A DNA stretch of 53,823 nt from Leucoraja ocellata (GCA_036785375.1 JAWMAR010001141.1:310001-363823); one strand, 5' to 3'. Positions 1-11,261 are shown, numbered from the stretch's first letter. The notes: generated from the sequence alone by a model not told the origin. Program-made: numbers and translations.

Positions 1-129
1 CCGCTGTGTCTCCCTGTCCCTGGGATTAGCAGGGGGTGACCTAACAGCACAATATTCCCCTCCCCCTCCATGCCAACACAAAGGGCAATGATCCCAAGGC
101 TTTAGCGTCAGGAACAGCGGGCAGGTGAC

Positions 130-360
130 AAAGAGTGGTGAATCGCTGGAATTCTGTGCCACAGAAGGTTGTTGAGGCCAGTTCATTGGCTATATTTAAG
201 AGGGAGTTGGATGTGGCCCTTGTGGCTAAAGGTATCATGGGGTATGGAGAGATGGCAGGTACAGGATACTGAGTTGGATGATCAGCCATGATCATATTGA
301 ATGGCGGTGCAGGCTCGAAGGGCCGAATGGCCTACTCCTGCATCTATTTTCTATGTTTCT
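130..360 (+). mobile_element. CR1 LINE 3' end
   Basis: RVVN.WNS.PQKVVEASSLAIFKRELD coding remnant plus a (ctatgttt)n tail. Copies near 12470 and 25012. Confidence 0.8.
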
Positions 361-1580
361 TTTTAAAAAAAAATTTTAAACAATTTTAAATTTTTAAAAT
401 TTTTTTAAATTATTTTTTTTAAAAGATAGAAATAAAAGGAGTAAGGAAAATGAGCAAGAATCGTGAAGGTGCAGGAAAGTGTTGGGAAAAGAAAGCCCCT
501 TAGGGAAGAAGTTAGAGAAGGAAGTAAAGAAAGGAAATAAGACCCTAAAAAGAAAAGAAAGAAAAGGAAAAACAATCACTCTATTGTAACACAAAACTCG
601 CAAAAAAGGATATACCAACCGTGTTTTGAAAAAAAAATGTATTTTATACCCCCCGTTACCAGATCCTGGTATTATTTATATTTTAAATTACTATTGCACC
701 TTATGCTATGTTTCTATGTTTCTATGAAGGAACTGCAGATGCTCGTTAAAACCGAAGATTGGCTCAAAAACCTAGAGTTATTCATTGGGTGAGGCAGCAT
801 CTTTGGAGTAAAGGAATAGGTGATGTTTTGAGTCGAGACCTTTCTTCAGACAAAGTTAGGGGAAAGGGAAACAAGGGTAACAAGGGAAACAAGTCTCTTA
901 CCTAGAGTAGGGGAATCAAGACTCAGGGGACAAGGCTTCAGGTGAAAGCGAAAATATTTAATAGGATCCTGAGGGGCATCATTTTTTTACACAGTGAGTT
1001 GTGGGTGTATGGAATGAGCTAACTGATGAGGTAGTTGAGGCAGGTGCTACAAAAACATTTTAAAGGCATTTGGACAGTTACATGAATTGGACTAGTTTAG
1101 TAGGAGATGGACCAAATGCTGGCAGGAGGAACTAGAGTAGATGGGGCATCTTAGTTGATGTGATATGACAATCAAGCACACTAAACGCTTGCGTTTAACA
1201 ATACAATACAAAACAGTACAAAATCGACCAAATGTCCTCGACATGGATTCAGTTCCAGTGCGTAAAAAAAGTTATGAGAAGAATATACCTTGCACTATAT
1301 TTGTTTTGAGTACTGTTGATATCAATCTTGTAATTGGAGATAGTGTGGTTGTCATTGGTTCTGTTATAAAAATATATGTTATTGTTAATGTTTAATGTTT
1401 TAGGTGTCACTCCTAATGTCACAGTATGTCACATGTCACTCCTAATGTCACTGTATGTCACATTGCACTTGTGGGCAGAGCACCAAGGCAAATTCCTTGT
1501 ATGTGAATACTTGGTCAATAAACCTATTCATTCATAAACCTATTCATTCATTATTCATTCATCATTCCTTCATAAGTTTA

Positions 1581-1665
1581 TTCAAGTTCTGTTGAGGCAA
1601 GGAAATAAAATTAAGTCTCAGCTGTTTTCACATGCAGTGAATAAAGAGAACAAGATTGTCAGATG
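1581..1665 (-). pseudogene. Orphan remnant of a linker-exon acceptor region (copies near 13867-13951 and 26430-26514)
   Basis: Aligns by eye with 48737-48822, the gene D linker acceptor and its intron flank. Exon similarity stops after about 10 nt at an (attc)n-tailed repeat. Confidence 0.55.
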
Positions 1666-2701
1666 GAACCCATTGCTTTGAGTAAAGTGCCAATTAGTTT
1701 GAGGGATACGGTGACTTTCCTTCAGTGGAATTGGACGTCTTAGTTGAGTTTAGTTTAGTTTAGAGATACAGCATGGAAACAGGACCTTTGGCCCACCTAG
1801 TTGATGCCAACCAGCTATCTCCTCTGCACACCAGCACTATCCTGCATACACTAGGGTCAATTTACAATTTTACCAAAGCCAATTAACCTACAAACCTGCA
1901 CGTCTTTGGAGTGTGGGAAGAAACCAAAGATCTCAGAGAAAAGCCACTTGGTCATGGGGAGAACATACAAACTCCGTACAGACAGCACCCGTATCGAACC
2001 CGCGCCCCTGGCGCTGAAATGAACGCAGCAACACCACCGCTGTACACCCGTGCCGCCCTATGTATCATTTATATTTTTGTGTGTCTATGTGTATGTGATG
2101 TTGCCACAAGAGTGATTTTCATTGTATCTGCACCTCACCATACGTGCACATAAGAATGACAGACTTGACTTGAAAACAGCTCAGCAAAGTATATTACAGT
2201 GATGTTCTCATGAGAAAAAGTACTTCCAGAACATTTGATCTGATGGGATGTCATAGCTTATAGTTTCCCTCTTCTAAATATTCTTCACAGTTAAAACCAT
2301 GAGGCATTCCCAGGATTGAATACAATTTATTCCACATAACTGCAATGTCATGCTACACAACACAAAATAATAAGTCATTGCTATAAAGGCTAGCAACATT
2401 GTTTAAATGGCACCTTTACTGAGTGAATATTGTGTAAACTAAGTTAATAATTTTAGCAGAAGAAGCATTAATTCTGTGCAGTCTATTATGAAAGCAAAAT
2501 GAAAAACACTTTGTCAATGCTCTTTATGGGCGACTATTTGCATACCTTGGGTTAGCAAGCAAAGAATTTCACTGTGACTTGTCACACGTGACAATAAAGA
2601 ATTAATTAATTAATTTATTCATTCAAAATAATAATGATCATTTGGTCTTGTTGGAGAGTTGTTTCTCAGTCACTATCACCAGTGGATCTTCATTCTGCCT
2701 T

Positions 2702-2737
2702 CTACGGCAAGCTGTGAGGTTTCGGTTCAATGGGTCC
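2702..2737 (-). CDS. Gene A exon 5, short cytoplasmic tail
   Basis: Poly-T-gcag acceptor, GPIEPKPHSLP*. Two of the three differences seen in B and C are synonymous in this frame. Confidence 0.7.
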   Translation of the reverse strand, partial: GPIEPKPHSLP

Positions 2738-5700
2738 CTGCAAAAAAAAAAATGTTGAAGACATCAGATAATTGACTCCGGGAATTTTGCTTTATTTCAC
2801 AAGGCCACTAACAACAGAATTCTGCTTCCAATTGGCCCAGTGACAGCATCCAAGAATTTGCTTGGATTTTGACTTTGATGCTATCTGTGTGGAGTTTGCA
2901 TGTTCTCGCTGTGTCCATGTGGGTTTCCTCCGCGAGCTCCGGTTTCCTCCGCGAGCTCCGGTTTCCTCCCACCTCCCAAAGACTTGTGGGTTTACTGGTT
3001 AATTGGCCAATGTGAATTTCCCCGAATGTGTTGGGAGTTGGGATGATAGAATGGGATAACATCGAACTAATGCGTACGGGTGATCAATGGCCTGATTGAC
3101 ACAAAGTGATGGAGTAACCCAGCGAGTCTGGCACGATCTCTGGAGAAAAAGGATGGGTGACATTTTAGGTCGGGACCCTTCTTCAAACTGAAAGTAGAGG
3201 GGAGGGAACTGCGTGTCTGGCGGACAGCGGCACCGGGAGCCCGCGGGTCCCTGGAGGGAGACCGCTTTTCAGGGCTCTCGCAACGGCGACTTCTCCCGCC
3301 TGAGTTGCGGGGTCGAAGAGCTCCTGGAGCGGCTTGGAATGGCCGCGGGACTCTGCGAGCGCACGCCGGGGGCTCCAACAACAGGACCCGGTGTGCGACC
3401 TTGCACCACCCGTCGTGGCTTTAATGGCCGCGGGACAATCGCCATCGCCAGCCGGGGGCTTTGACTTTGACTCTGACATCGGGGGGGGGGGGGGGGGGAG
3501 AGTGCAGTGGAGAGATAAGTTTTTTTGGCCTTCCATCACAGCGATGTGATGGATGTTTATGTAAATTATGTTGTGTCTTGGGTCTATTTGTTTGTAATAT
3601 ATGGCTGCAGAAACGGCATTTCGTTTGGACCTCAAGGGGTCCAAATGACAATTAAATTGAATCTTGAATCTTGAATCTTGGGGTTCAGGCAAGATGGTCT
3701 GCGTGGTCACAGTGGGTCAAAGGGCCTGTTTCCATGCTGTATTTCTCTGATTCAATGACACTACAACATCTACATCAAACACTTCAGTTCATTCTGAGCA
3801 CAAACATCTTGTCAAGACCAATTGATATCATCTATGTAGAGCATTGGTTTGGCCTATATTTGTGAAATACTTTATCTAAATGCTTTCCGTTTGTTTAATT
3901 TTATCAGCATGTTTGAAGATATTAATGGACATCATTTGGAAGCATTCAGCAATTCTGATGATCTCCGCAAAACATACCTTCCTTATACTTGTGAACAATG
4001 AGACTGAGATGCTGCAGATCCCAAGCAGAGCGAAGTACAGCCAGCGTCCCACATTCCATATCGTGTAACTGAGCAAAAGGGGAAAGATACAGAATCAGTG
4101 GGAGGAAACAGACTAGTTCGTGTTGGAAACATTCATATCCTGATTGCTGTGAAATATCTGCATGGAGCAGGGTACAGCAACAGAGCCCAGGGAGTTCAGC
4201 TGGGAAATTCCACCGTCCAGGATCTCAACCTGAAACATCACCGATCCATGTTCTTCAGAGATGCTGCCTGACTCGCTGAGTTACTCCAGCATTTTGTGTC
4301 TAGCGTTGATAAATTTAGATAAGAAAAGATGGGAGAAGTGACGAGTGGTATGTAAACACCAGCATGGGATCAGTTCAGTTGATCTTTTCTGTGCCTTAAA
4401 TCCTATGTGATCAGATGCAAGTCTGATTAAACAAAGTTGGAAGATCTCCAATGAGGTAGTTGGGAGGTCAGGATCGCTGGTGAGGGGATGATTCAGTTGC
4501 CTGATAACCGTTGGGAAGAAAATGTCCCTGACTCTGCAGGTGTGCGTTTTCAAACCTCAACTCTACCGCTGCACCACCATGCCACCCTCGACAACCTAGA
4601 GTTACTCCAGTACTTTGTGTTGTACTCAAGGTTCCAGCATCCAGCCAGGTTAATTCCCGGGATGGCGGGACTGTCATATGATGAAAGAATGGAGCGACTG
4701 GGCTTGTATTCACTGGAATTTAGAAGGATGAGAGGGTATCTTATAGACACATATAAAATTATTAAGGGATTGGGCACGTGAGATGCAGGAAACATGTTCC
4801 CGATGTTGGGGGAGTCCAGAACCAGGGGCCACATTTTAAGAATAAGGGGTTGGCCATTTAGAACTGAGACGAGGAAAACCTTTTCACCCAGAGAGGTGGA
4901 AATCTGTGGAATTCTTTGCCTCAGAAGGCAGTGCAGGCCGATTCACTGGATACATTCAAAAGAGAGTTAGATAGAGTTCTTAAAGCTAGCGGAATCAAGG
5001 GATATGGGGACTAGGCAGGAACGGGGTACTGATTGTGGATGGTCAACCATGATCACATTGAATGGCGGTGAATGGCCTACTCCTGCACTATTGTCGATCT
5101 ATCTATGTATCTATGTATGGATCAACAGTTCCTTGTGTCTCCACCTCTCATATTGAAAAGCTAGGCCAATCAAAACTTGAGCAAGTGAAAATTATACCTG
5201 TTAGAGAAACTGGTCGCATGATGATTGTTTTCGGATGTTACTTTTGTAGTTGAAGTAAATGCTACTGTTGTTGTTGTAGACGATTCAGTATTAGATTCAG
5301 GTTCTGTTGAGAAAAGGAAATAAAAGACAATTAAAGATAGACAAAATATGCTGGAGTAACTCAGCGGGACAGGCAGCATCTCTGGAGAGAAGGAATGGGT
5401 GAAGTTTACAATAGAAACATAGAAATTAGGTGCAGGAGTAGGCCATTCGGCCCTTGGAGACTGCACCGCCATTCAATATGATCATGGCTGATCATCCAAC
5501 TCAGTATCCCGTACCTGCCTTCTCTCCATACCCCCTGATCCCCTTAGCCACAAGGGCCACATCTAACTCCCTCTTAATATAGCCAATGAACTGGCCTCAA
5601 CTACCCTCTGTGGCAGAGAGTTCCAGAGATTCACCACTCTCTGTGTGAAAAAAGTTCTTCCCATCTCGGTTTTAAAGGATTTCCCCCTTATCCTTAAGCT

Positions 5701-8700
5701 GTGACCCCTTGTCCTGGACTTCCCTAACATCGGGAACAATCTTCCTGCATCTAGCCTGTCCAACCCCTTAAGAATTTTGTAAGTTTCTATAAGATCCCCT
5801 CTCAATCTCCTAAATTCTAGAGAGTATAAACCAAGTCTATCCAGTCTTTCTTCATTCGGGTCTGAGGACGGGTCTCGGGCCGAAACGTCACCCATTCCTT
5901 CCCTCCAGAGACGCTGCCTGTCCCGCTGAGATACTCCAACATTTCAAGTTCAAGTTCACATATTGTCACATGCACCAATTAAGGTACAGTGGTATTTGAG
6001 TTATCATACAGCCATACAAGTTTAAAAACATAATGCAATACACAATATTTTTAACATAAACATCCACCACAGTGGAATCATCATTCCTCACTGTGATGGA
6101 AGGCAACAAGGTTCACTCATCTTCCTCCTTTGTTTACCCGTGGTGGTCGGGGCCTTGAACCCTCAGCACTGCCACTGCCGACGGCCCGATGTTCAAGCCC
6201 TCTCGTCGGGATGATGGAGACTCCGGCGTCGGGGAGGAACGGAAACACTCCGCGGCTTCACGGTATTAAAGTCCACAAGCCCCGCGGTTGGAGAGCTTCC
6301 ACAGCGATTCTCAGCAAAGGATCACAGCTCCGCAATGTTAAAGTCCGCGTCGCCCTTGCGGCGAAGATCCAGCCCGGTCTCCAGGAAAGGCCGCATCCAT
6401 CCAGTTGTTAGTCCGCGGGGAGGGGACGGAGACGTGACACGGGGAAAGATCACATCTCTGTTGCGGTAAGTGACTGAAAACGGTTTCGCCCCCTCCCCTC
6501 CCCTCCCCTCACCCCCCACATTAAAAAACACAGAGAGACATTAAAACATACATTTTAGACAGACTGACAATAACAAAAAAGTCGAACTAACACACAGGCT
6601 GCTGGCGAGGCTGCCATCTCAGCGCCATCCAGTGACGCATCTATCTGCTCTATAGATTTTGTGTCTATGTTCGATTGAAACAGCATCTGCAGTTCTTTCC
6701 AACACAATAAAAGACATTTCCCTGTTTGCCGTTTCATCATTATTCAAGATCCAGGGGCATCATCTGCACACTCCCATGAGGGGTAAGAACAGAATTCGGC
6801 CAAACAGCAAAGATCCCGGCACTGATCCCTATGGTGCATCATTAAGGGCGGCACGGTGGCGCAGCTGTAGAATTACTGCCTTACAGCGCCAGGGACCCGG
6901 GTTCGATCATGACCACGGGTACTTGTCTGTCTGTCTGTCTGGAGTTTGTACATTCTCCCCCTGACCTGCGTGAGTTTTCTCTGAAAACTTCGGTTTCCCC
7001 CCACACTCCAAACACGTACAGGTTTACAGGTTAATTGGCTTGGTATAAATGTAAAACGTACCGTCAGATACTTGGAGCTGAACGTTAAACAATGGATCCA
7101 AGCCAGATGCATCAATTCCACAGCTGTACCATCCTGTATCGCTAGAGTGAAAATCCTCCACAGTCACAGTAAATTTTCCTTGTGCCGGGTTATCTGTGAT
7201 TGACGCTCTTCCACGTCTGTGTTGCCCATTTGTTTTCACTACAACTGAACACGAGCGAGTCCACCCATGACACCAGTATTTTGTGTGTGAACGGTACCGT
7301 GCTACATAGTAACAATCGATTGTGATATTTTTCCCCACAACTCCTCTTACAGGTGTATTTGCCGTCAGAGCACCTGAAACTGAGAAGAAAAATCATCAGA
7401 ACATGTACAGGACAAATCTACTTAACACAGCGTTTGTTGTCCCATCCACTCATCCCCTAATCAACGATGGGCCGAATGGTCCAACCCGTGTGTGGACATT
7501 CACTTACCCTTGAGCCAAGCACAAAGTGCCCGTGTAACTCAGCAGATCTGGCAGCATCTGTGGAGGGAATGGACACGTGACGTGTCGGGTTGGGACCCTG
7601 CTTCAGACTGATTAAAGTAGGGTGGGGAAAGCTGGAAGAGAGGTGGAGATGGGATAAAGCCTGGCAAGTGACAGGTGGAAGGTAGACACAAATTGCTGGA
7701 GTAACTCAGCGGGACAGGCAGCACAACAAGTGGATACAGATGAGGGGGGAATTTTGACTGGTTCACGAGTGGACAAAGACTGGAGGTGAAAAGCGGTGAA
7801 AAGGTTGTCAGATGAGGAGAGATGAGAAGCGAAATGTAAAGACAGAGGGAGGGGTATATTTGGTAGGGGACAGGGTGAAAGGGAGGAAGAGGCATGGGTT
7901 AAATGGTGCACAGGAAAGTGAGAGAGGGTAGGGGGATGTGCAATGTAAAATTGGAGAATTTAATGATCATAAGATATTTTTCTATTGATTGAATTGATTG
8001 AAAAATACAGCATGGAAAGGTGCCCTTTGGCCCATCGAGTCCTCTTCACACTAAAGATAGACACAAGGTGCTGGAGTAACTCAGCGGGTCAGGCAGCATG
8101 TCTGGAGAAATAGAATGCGTGATGTTTCGGGATTGGGACCCTTCTTCAGACACCCTTCTAAGTTACTCCAGCACTTTGTTTCTATCTTTGGTACAAACCA
8201 GCACCTGCAGTTCTTTGGTCCTAACTGTTTACACCAGTTGGGCAGCACAGTAGCACAGCAGAAGAGTGGCTGCCTTACAGCGCCAAGGACCCGGGTTTGA
8301 TCCTGACTATGGATGCTGAGACACTAGAGACAGGAAACATGTTCCCGATGTTGGGGGAGTCCAGAACCAGGGGCCACAGTTTAAGAATAAGGGGTAAGCC
8401 ATTTAGAACGGAGACAAGGAAACACAGAGAGTTGTGAGTATGTGGAATTCTCTGCCCATTCTCTGGAAACTTGCAAGAGAGAGCTAGATAGGGCTCTTAA
8501 AGATAATAGTTAGGGGATATGGGGAGAAGGCAGGAAAGGGGTACTGATTGGGGATGATCAAGCATGATCGCATTCAATAAACAATGGACAATAGACAATA
8601 GGTGCAGGAGTAGGGCATTTGGCCCTTCGAGCCAGCACCGCCATTCAATGTGATCATGGCTGATCATCTCCGTTCTAAATGGCTTACCCCTTATTCTTAA

Positions 8701-11092
8701 ACTGTAGCTCCTGGTTCTGGACTCCCCCAACATCGGAAACATGTTTCCTGCCTCTAGCGTGACCAAACCCTTAATAATCTTAAAATAATTTTACAATAAT
8801 CTTACATGGCAGTGCTAGCTCGAAGGGCCGAATGGCCTACTCCTGCACCTATTGTCTATTGATGAGTACTGAGGCTTGTGGATCCCTACAACAACCTTAT
8901 CCCCCAAATGCACGTATATCGTTGGCCTGTTTTATGGAGGGTAAACCTTATTTGCCATCATCCCCATCTATAAACAAGGAAATAGTCACCTACACTTCAC
9001 GCTGCCTTGCAAGGCCACCAGCATAATCATGGAGCAGTTTCATCTCAGTCACTCCTTCTTTACCTGTCTACCATTAGGCACGAGGAACAGAAGTTTGAAC
9101 CCAATGCTCTAGATTCAGAGACAGTTTTCTTACCAACTGTTATCAGGCAACTGACCCATCCTCTCAGTAGCTAGAGCGCAGTCCTGGCCTCCTATTTACC
9201 CCCTTGAACAATCAATAATTGGACTTCTTTGGACTAAACTAAACTAAACTAGTAAAGCAATGATACTAGATTACCGGAAATGATCTGGTGAATGAAGACA
9301 GTTAATGTTGGCCTTCACCTGCATCTGAGCATCAGTGATAACATTGAAAAAAAGAATTTACTTGGTAACAATAAATTATTAATATTGCATGCTGATGACT
9401 TTGACAAATATGCATAGTTGATGTCCAAGAACAAGAAGGAAATGGCTACATTGCAAGAGCAACCCACAGCCCAAGAGGAACTGGACGTCAAACAACATCT
9501 GAACTTTAAATAAGAGGAAGTGTTGTAAAATGGAGACAATTGTTTTGGCATTATTGCTTGGCTGCTGTTAGTGAGTGCAAGCAAGCAATAAAACAATGTT
9601 TCATGAATAGACAGGGTCCCTTTGCACTTTGACACCGTTACTTTAGTTTAGTTTAGTTTAAGATAGAGCATGGAAACTGGCCCTTTGGCCCAACGTGACC
9701 GTGCTGACCTAGTATCTTGTACACTAGGGACAATTTACATAGTCCTTATTCCCTATTTTTAGAGGCCAATTAACCTACAAATCTGTGCGTCTTTGGGATG
9801 TGGGAGGAAACCAGGGGACTGGGTAAAAAACCCATGCGGTCACAGGGTGAAAGTGCAAACTCCCTACAGACAGTCCCCTTAGTTAGGATTGAACCCAGGT
9901 CTCTGGTACTGTAAGGCACCGCTGTGCCACTGTCCCAGTCACTTGTAATTGTCTCTGTTTTTCATTCACAGTCGCTTTGTGCTGTCAGATACATTGGCGG
10001 CCATGATTTATGTGTGGCACAGTGATGGAGACAGGAGGAGATTGGAAGACCACACTCTAATATTGAGACAAAAGAGATTGCAGATGCTGGAATCTGGAAC
10101 AACAAACAGCACACTGAAAGGACTCAGTGGGTCATGGAGGTTTGAAGGCAAAAAAGTAAAGTGTAAGTTGTTCTTTCAGATCGAGACCCTGCATCAGGAC
10201 TGAGAGGAGACAGAGATGTTTGGCAACATATAGATGTACTAATGGGTGGGAGGGTTGGGGCTGGTTGAGGAAGATGGAACTGGATGAAGAGGATGTGTTT
10301 GATAGAGAATACACAAGCAGAACATGAGATGTTGATTGATAGTTCAAAACTCAATGGTACAAACATTACATTTTCCAATTTTGGGTAATTCACACCCTCT
10401 GGTGTTCTCCTCACACACAAGCCCACCTGCCGATCCTGATTCAACCTTTCCTGCCTCCCTTGCTCAGTCCCGATACAGGGTCCTCTTCACATTCACAGAT
10501 GCAGGCTGACCCACTGAGTTCCTCTTTCTTGATCCACGCCCCAATATTGTTCAGTTATCTTTACATCTGCAAGCATTTAACTATCTCCACTGCAGAAATG
10601 GTACACAAGACCCAGTTACATTCTGATCACCAAAATGAATATCAAAATAAAACTATGGCGGTTAACAAAATCTAACACGAAAACAAAAAAATAATCAGGT
10701 GGTCAGGGCGCATCTGTGGGGAGAGATAAAGTTAGGTTTTAGGTCGAAGGATCTCTGATCTGAAAGGGTAACTCTTTTTCTCGGCACACCTGCTAAGTAT
10801 TTCCAGCATATGTAAAGGAAGGAACTGCAGATGCTGGTTTACACCGAAGATAGACACAAAATGCTGGAGTAACTCAGAGGGACAGGCAGCATCTCTGGAT
10901 AGAAGGTATGGGTGACATTTCGGGTCGAGACTTTTCTTCAGCCTGTCCCGCTGAGTTACTCCAGCACGTTGTGACTATCTCATACTTCCCGTAGAGTCTG
11001 GTCACATGACCGTCCAAATCAAGCTGTTACTTACCGGGCAGGGAATAAATGAGCAGCATTGGAATCCACATAGTTTTATCCAAGGAGACCAT
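2702..11092 (-). CDS. CD300/pIgR-like (MDIR-like) single-V activating-type receptor, gene A (~202 aa, 5 exons)
   Basis: complement(join(2702..2737,3978..4068,5198..5303,7062..7379,11035..11092)) = 609 nt, open. All introns GT-AG, phases 1,1,2,0. Leader MVSLDKTMWIPMLLIYSLP, V domain, S/T stalk, TM SYTIWNVGRWLYFALLGICSISVSLF, tail GPIEPKPHSLP*. Confidence 0.88.
3211..3680 (+). mobile_element. Unit-A-specific retroposon insertion with a (ttgaatc)n tail
   Basis: Absent in B (gggaact|gggttcag) and C. GC-rich body, poly-G tract and tandem 3' tail. Confidence 0.75.
3978..4068 (-). CDS. Gene A exon 4, transmembrane with Arg
   Basis: YTIWNVGRWLYFALLGICSISVSLFTSIRK. Acceptor ttttgctcag|, donor AAG|gtatgt. 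Confidence 0.88.
4645..5115 (+). mobile_element. CR1 LINE 3' fragment
   Basis: RLIPGMAGLSYDERMERLGLYSLEFRRMRG. Copies near 16480-16965 and 29025-29505. Confidence 0.88.
5198..5303 (-). CDS. Gene A exon 3, Ser/Thr-rich stalk
   Basis: EPESNTESSTTTTVAFTSTTKVTSENNHHATSFSN. Acceptor ttctcaacag|, donor AG|gtataa, phase 1 to 2. Confidence 0.85.
5410..5854 (-). mobile_element. CR1 LINE 3' fragment, inverted relative to 4645-5115
   Basis: ERLDRLGLYSLEFRRLRGDLIETYKIL..RVVNLWNSLPQ. Copies near 17252-17700 and 29800-30248. Confidence 0.88.
5858..5893 (+). ncRNA. Minimal type I hammerhead ribozyme-like motif in a Penelope-derived repeat (copies 17703-17738, 30251-30286)
   Basis: GGGU-CUGAGGA-stem II-GAAACGUC-ACCC. 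Stem I GGGU/ACCC is perfect, stem III is the palindrome ACGU, and stem II is degenerate in this copy. Confidence 0.5.
5945..6630 (-). mobile_element. Non-autonomous retroposon with a (ttgaac)n tail
   Basis: CpG-rich body, variable poly-C tract and tandem tail. Present in all three units. Family not identified. Confidence 0.5.
6846..7045 (+). mobile_element. tRNA-derived V-SINE next to the V-exon donor
   Basis: A box TGGCGCAG, B box GGTTCGATC and V-domain core tggagtttgtacattctcccc. Confidence 0.8.
7062..7379 (-). CDS. Gene A exon 2, V-type Ig domain (CD300/TREM/pIgR type)
   Basis: ITIDC..KYWC..C..DTGWYSC with the extra C-C' Cys pair. Acceptor ttctcag|, donor G|gtacgt, 318 nt. Confidence 0.95.
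9473..9522 (+). promoter_or_regulatory. Candidate intronic PU.1 sites
   Basis: AAGAGGAACT at 9473 and near-consensus AAGAGGAAGTG at 9512-9522. The second site is kept in all units, the first is deleted in C. Confidence 0.3.
11035..11092 (-). CDS. Gene A exon 1, signal peptide
   Basis: ATG at 11092 (alternative 11071), hydrophobic MWIPMLLIYSLP, phase-1 donor G|gtaagt. Confidence 0.85.
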
Positions 11093-11160
11093 GTTAGCAC
11101 TGACCTGCTGATCAGTTCTTAGTCCTCAGACTGAACGGTCTGACAAATATGGCATGTATT

Positions 11161-11202
11161 AAGAATGAGGAAGAAGGGAACAGGAAACCTGATTGTGAAA
11201 CC
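11161..11202. promoter_or_regulatory. Candidate TATA-less proximal promoter of gene A (ETS/PU-box and IRF-like cores), repeated in B and C
   Basis: GAGGAAG, CAGGAAA and GTGAAACC lie 75-110 bp upstream of the ATG. Motif match only. Confidence 0.3.
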
Positions 11203-11261
11203 AGAATGAGACATGATAAAATCTGAAACTTTAGAATTTGAAGTTGTCTCAGTTAAATTTA

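Noticed and set aside
41-2153. Short ORFs repeated in each unit (MIMADHPTQ, MTIKHTKRL, MWEETKDL and others)
   Set aside because: They are antisense or off-frame readings of CR1, SINE or AT-rich DNA, and recur only because of the duplication.
2638-2737. Longer phase-2 reading of the terminal exon (DPLNRNLTACRRR..)
   Set aside because: The TM donor is phase 0, and the differences among copies are mostly synonymous in the phase-0 frame.
3067-3710. Overlapping GC-rich ORFs up to 175 aa
   Set aside because: They lie inside the unit-A-specific retroposon, are absent from B and C, and show no recognisable domain.
6846-6915. tRNA-like sequence with A and B boxes
   Set aside because: It is the head of a V-SINE, runs into the V core and does not form a complete tRNA cloverleaf.
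7062-7379. Possible rearranging Ig, TCR or IgNAR V segments
   Set aside because: Each V exon includes its own G strand and ends in a splice donor. I saw no RSS heptamer/nonamer or J segments, and the extra C-C' Cys pair marks the CD300/pIgR type.
7508-7557. Cryptic 50 nt minus-strand exon (ccacag|...CAAGG|gtaagt) just upstream of the V exon
   Set aside because: It is repeat-derived and out of phase with the V exon, and nothing beyond splice-like motifs supports it.
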